Origin: Antedon mediterranea | Taxonomy: Eukaryota > Animalia > Echinodermata | Direction: 5' to 3' | DNA length: 64,000 bases | NCBI RefSeq assembly: GCF_964355755.1 | Contig: NC_092670.1 | Coordinates: 15,734,795 to 15,798,794, forward strand | Part shown: in pieces, positions 63,877-64,000 of the stretch | Layout of the letters: the number at the start of each line of letters is the position of its first letter | How positions within the stretch are numbered: position 1 is the first letter of the stretch | Translations under genes and position numbers: made by a program | Notes under the pieces: model-generated | Told to the model about the DNA's origin: nothing | The model's database searches: none | The model's input: only the letters and a program-made list of their open reading frames with translations

Positions 63877-64000
63877 GCCCTATTGTTAAGTGTATTCTTT
63901 ATTCTTATTAATTGTACTAAATTATTAAAAGATTTAACAGTAGTAAGCATAACATTTCCCCACTCCTACATTAGCATGGTAGGGCATTGTAATGGTCGCA

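Larger units (their letters stand above)
57190..64000 (-). mobile_element. Foldback-type transposon copy 2, inverted relative to copy 1, runs off the window
   Basis: 57190-57560 is the reverse complement of 56812-57182 (about 5 mismatches); 59553-59827 and 60445-60840 mirror 53606-53881 and ~53220-53610; 63975-64000 mirrors 51901-51927. Confidence 0.88.

Noticed and set aside
51952-63950. Short ORFs in the satellites (51952, 53233, 59561, 59626, 60611, 61125, 62803, 63756)
   Set aside because: They are translations of tandem repeats with no recognisable domain or splice structure.

Overview
AT-rich, intron-containing animal genomic DNA; an invertebrate deuterostome such as an echinoderm is my inference, not something the sequence proves. 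I could reconstruct four protein-coding genes exon by exon: an intronless RASD/Rhes-like small GTPase (-), peflin PEF1 (-, with two duplicated, apparently mutually exclusive EF-hand-1 exons), a C22orf23/EVG1 homolog (+, sharing a 334-bp head-to-head gap with PEF1), and a MICAL-like gene (-, CH-LIM-NPF-bMERB, tail-to-tail with C22orf23). Many small MITEs and SINE/LINE/Helentron/Penelope fragments are scattered through the window. The last 12.3 kb (51666-64000) is not plain satellite. It is two copies of a non-autonomous foldback-type DNA transposon, placed end-to-end in inverted orientation and separated only by the 7-bp target duplication CAATCGA, which also flanks the far end of copy 1. The element has ~47-bp imperfect TIRs, inverted 106-bp satellite arrays, an 87-bp inner repeat and a Penelope-type hammerhead ribozyme as cargo. 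The pair forms a giant quasi-palindrome centred at 57186, just upstream of the probable MICAL-like promoter.
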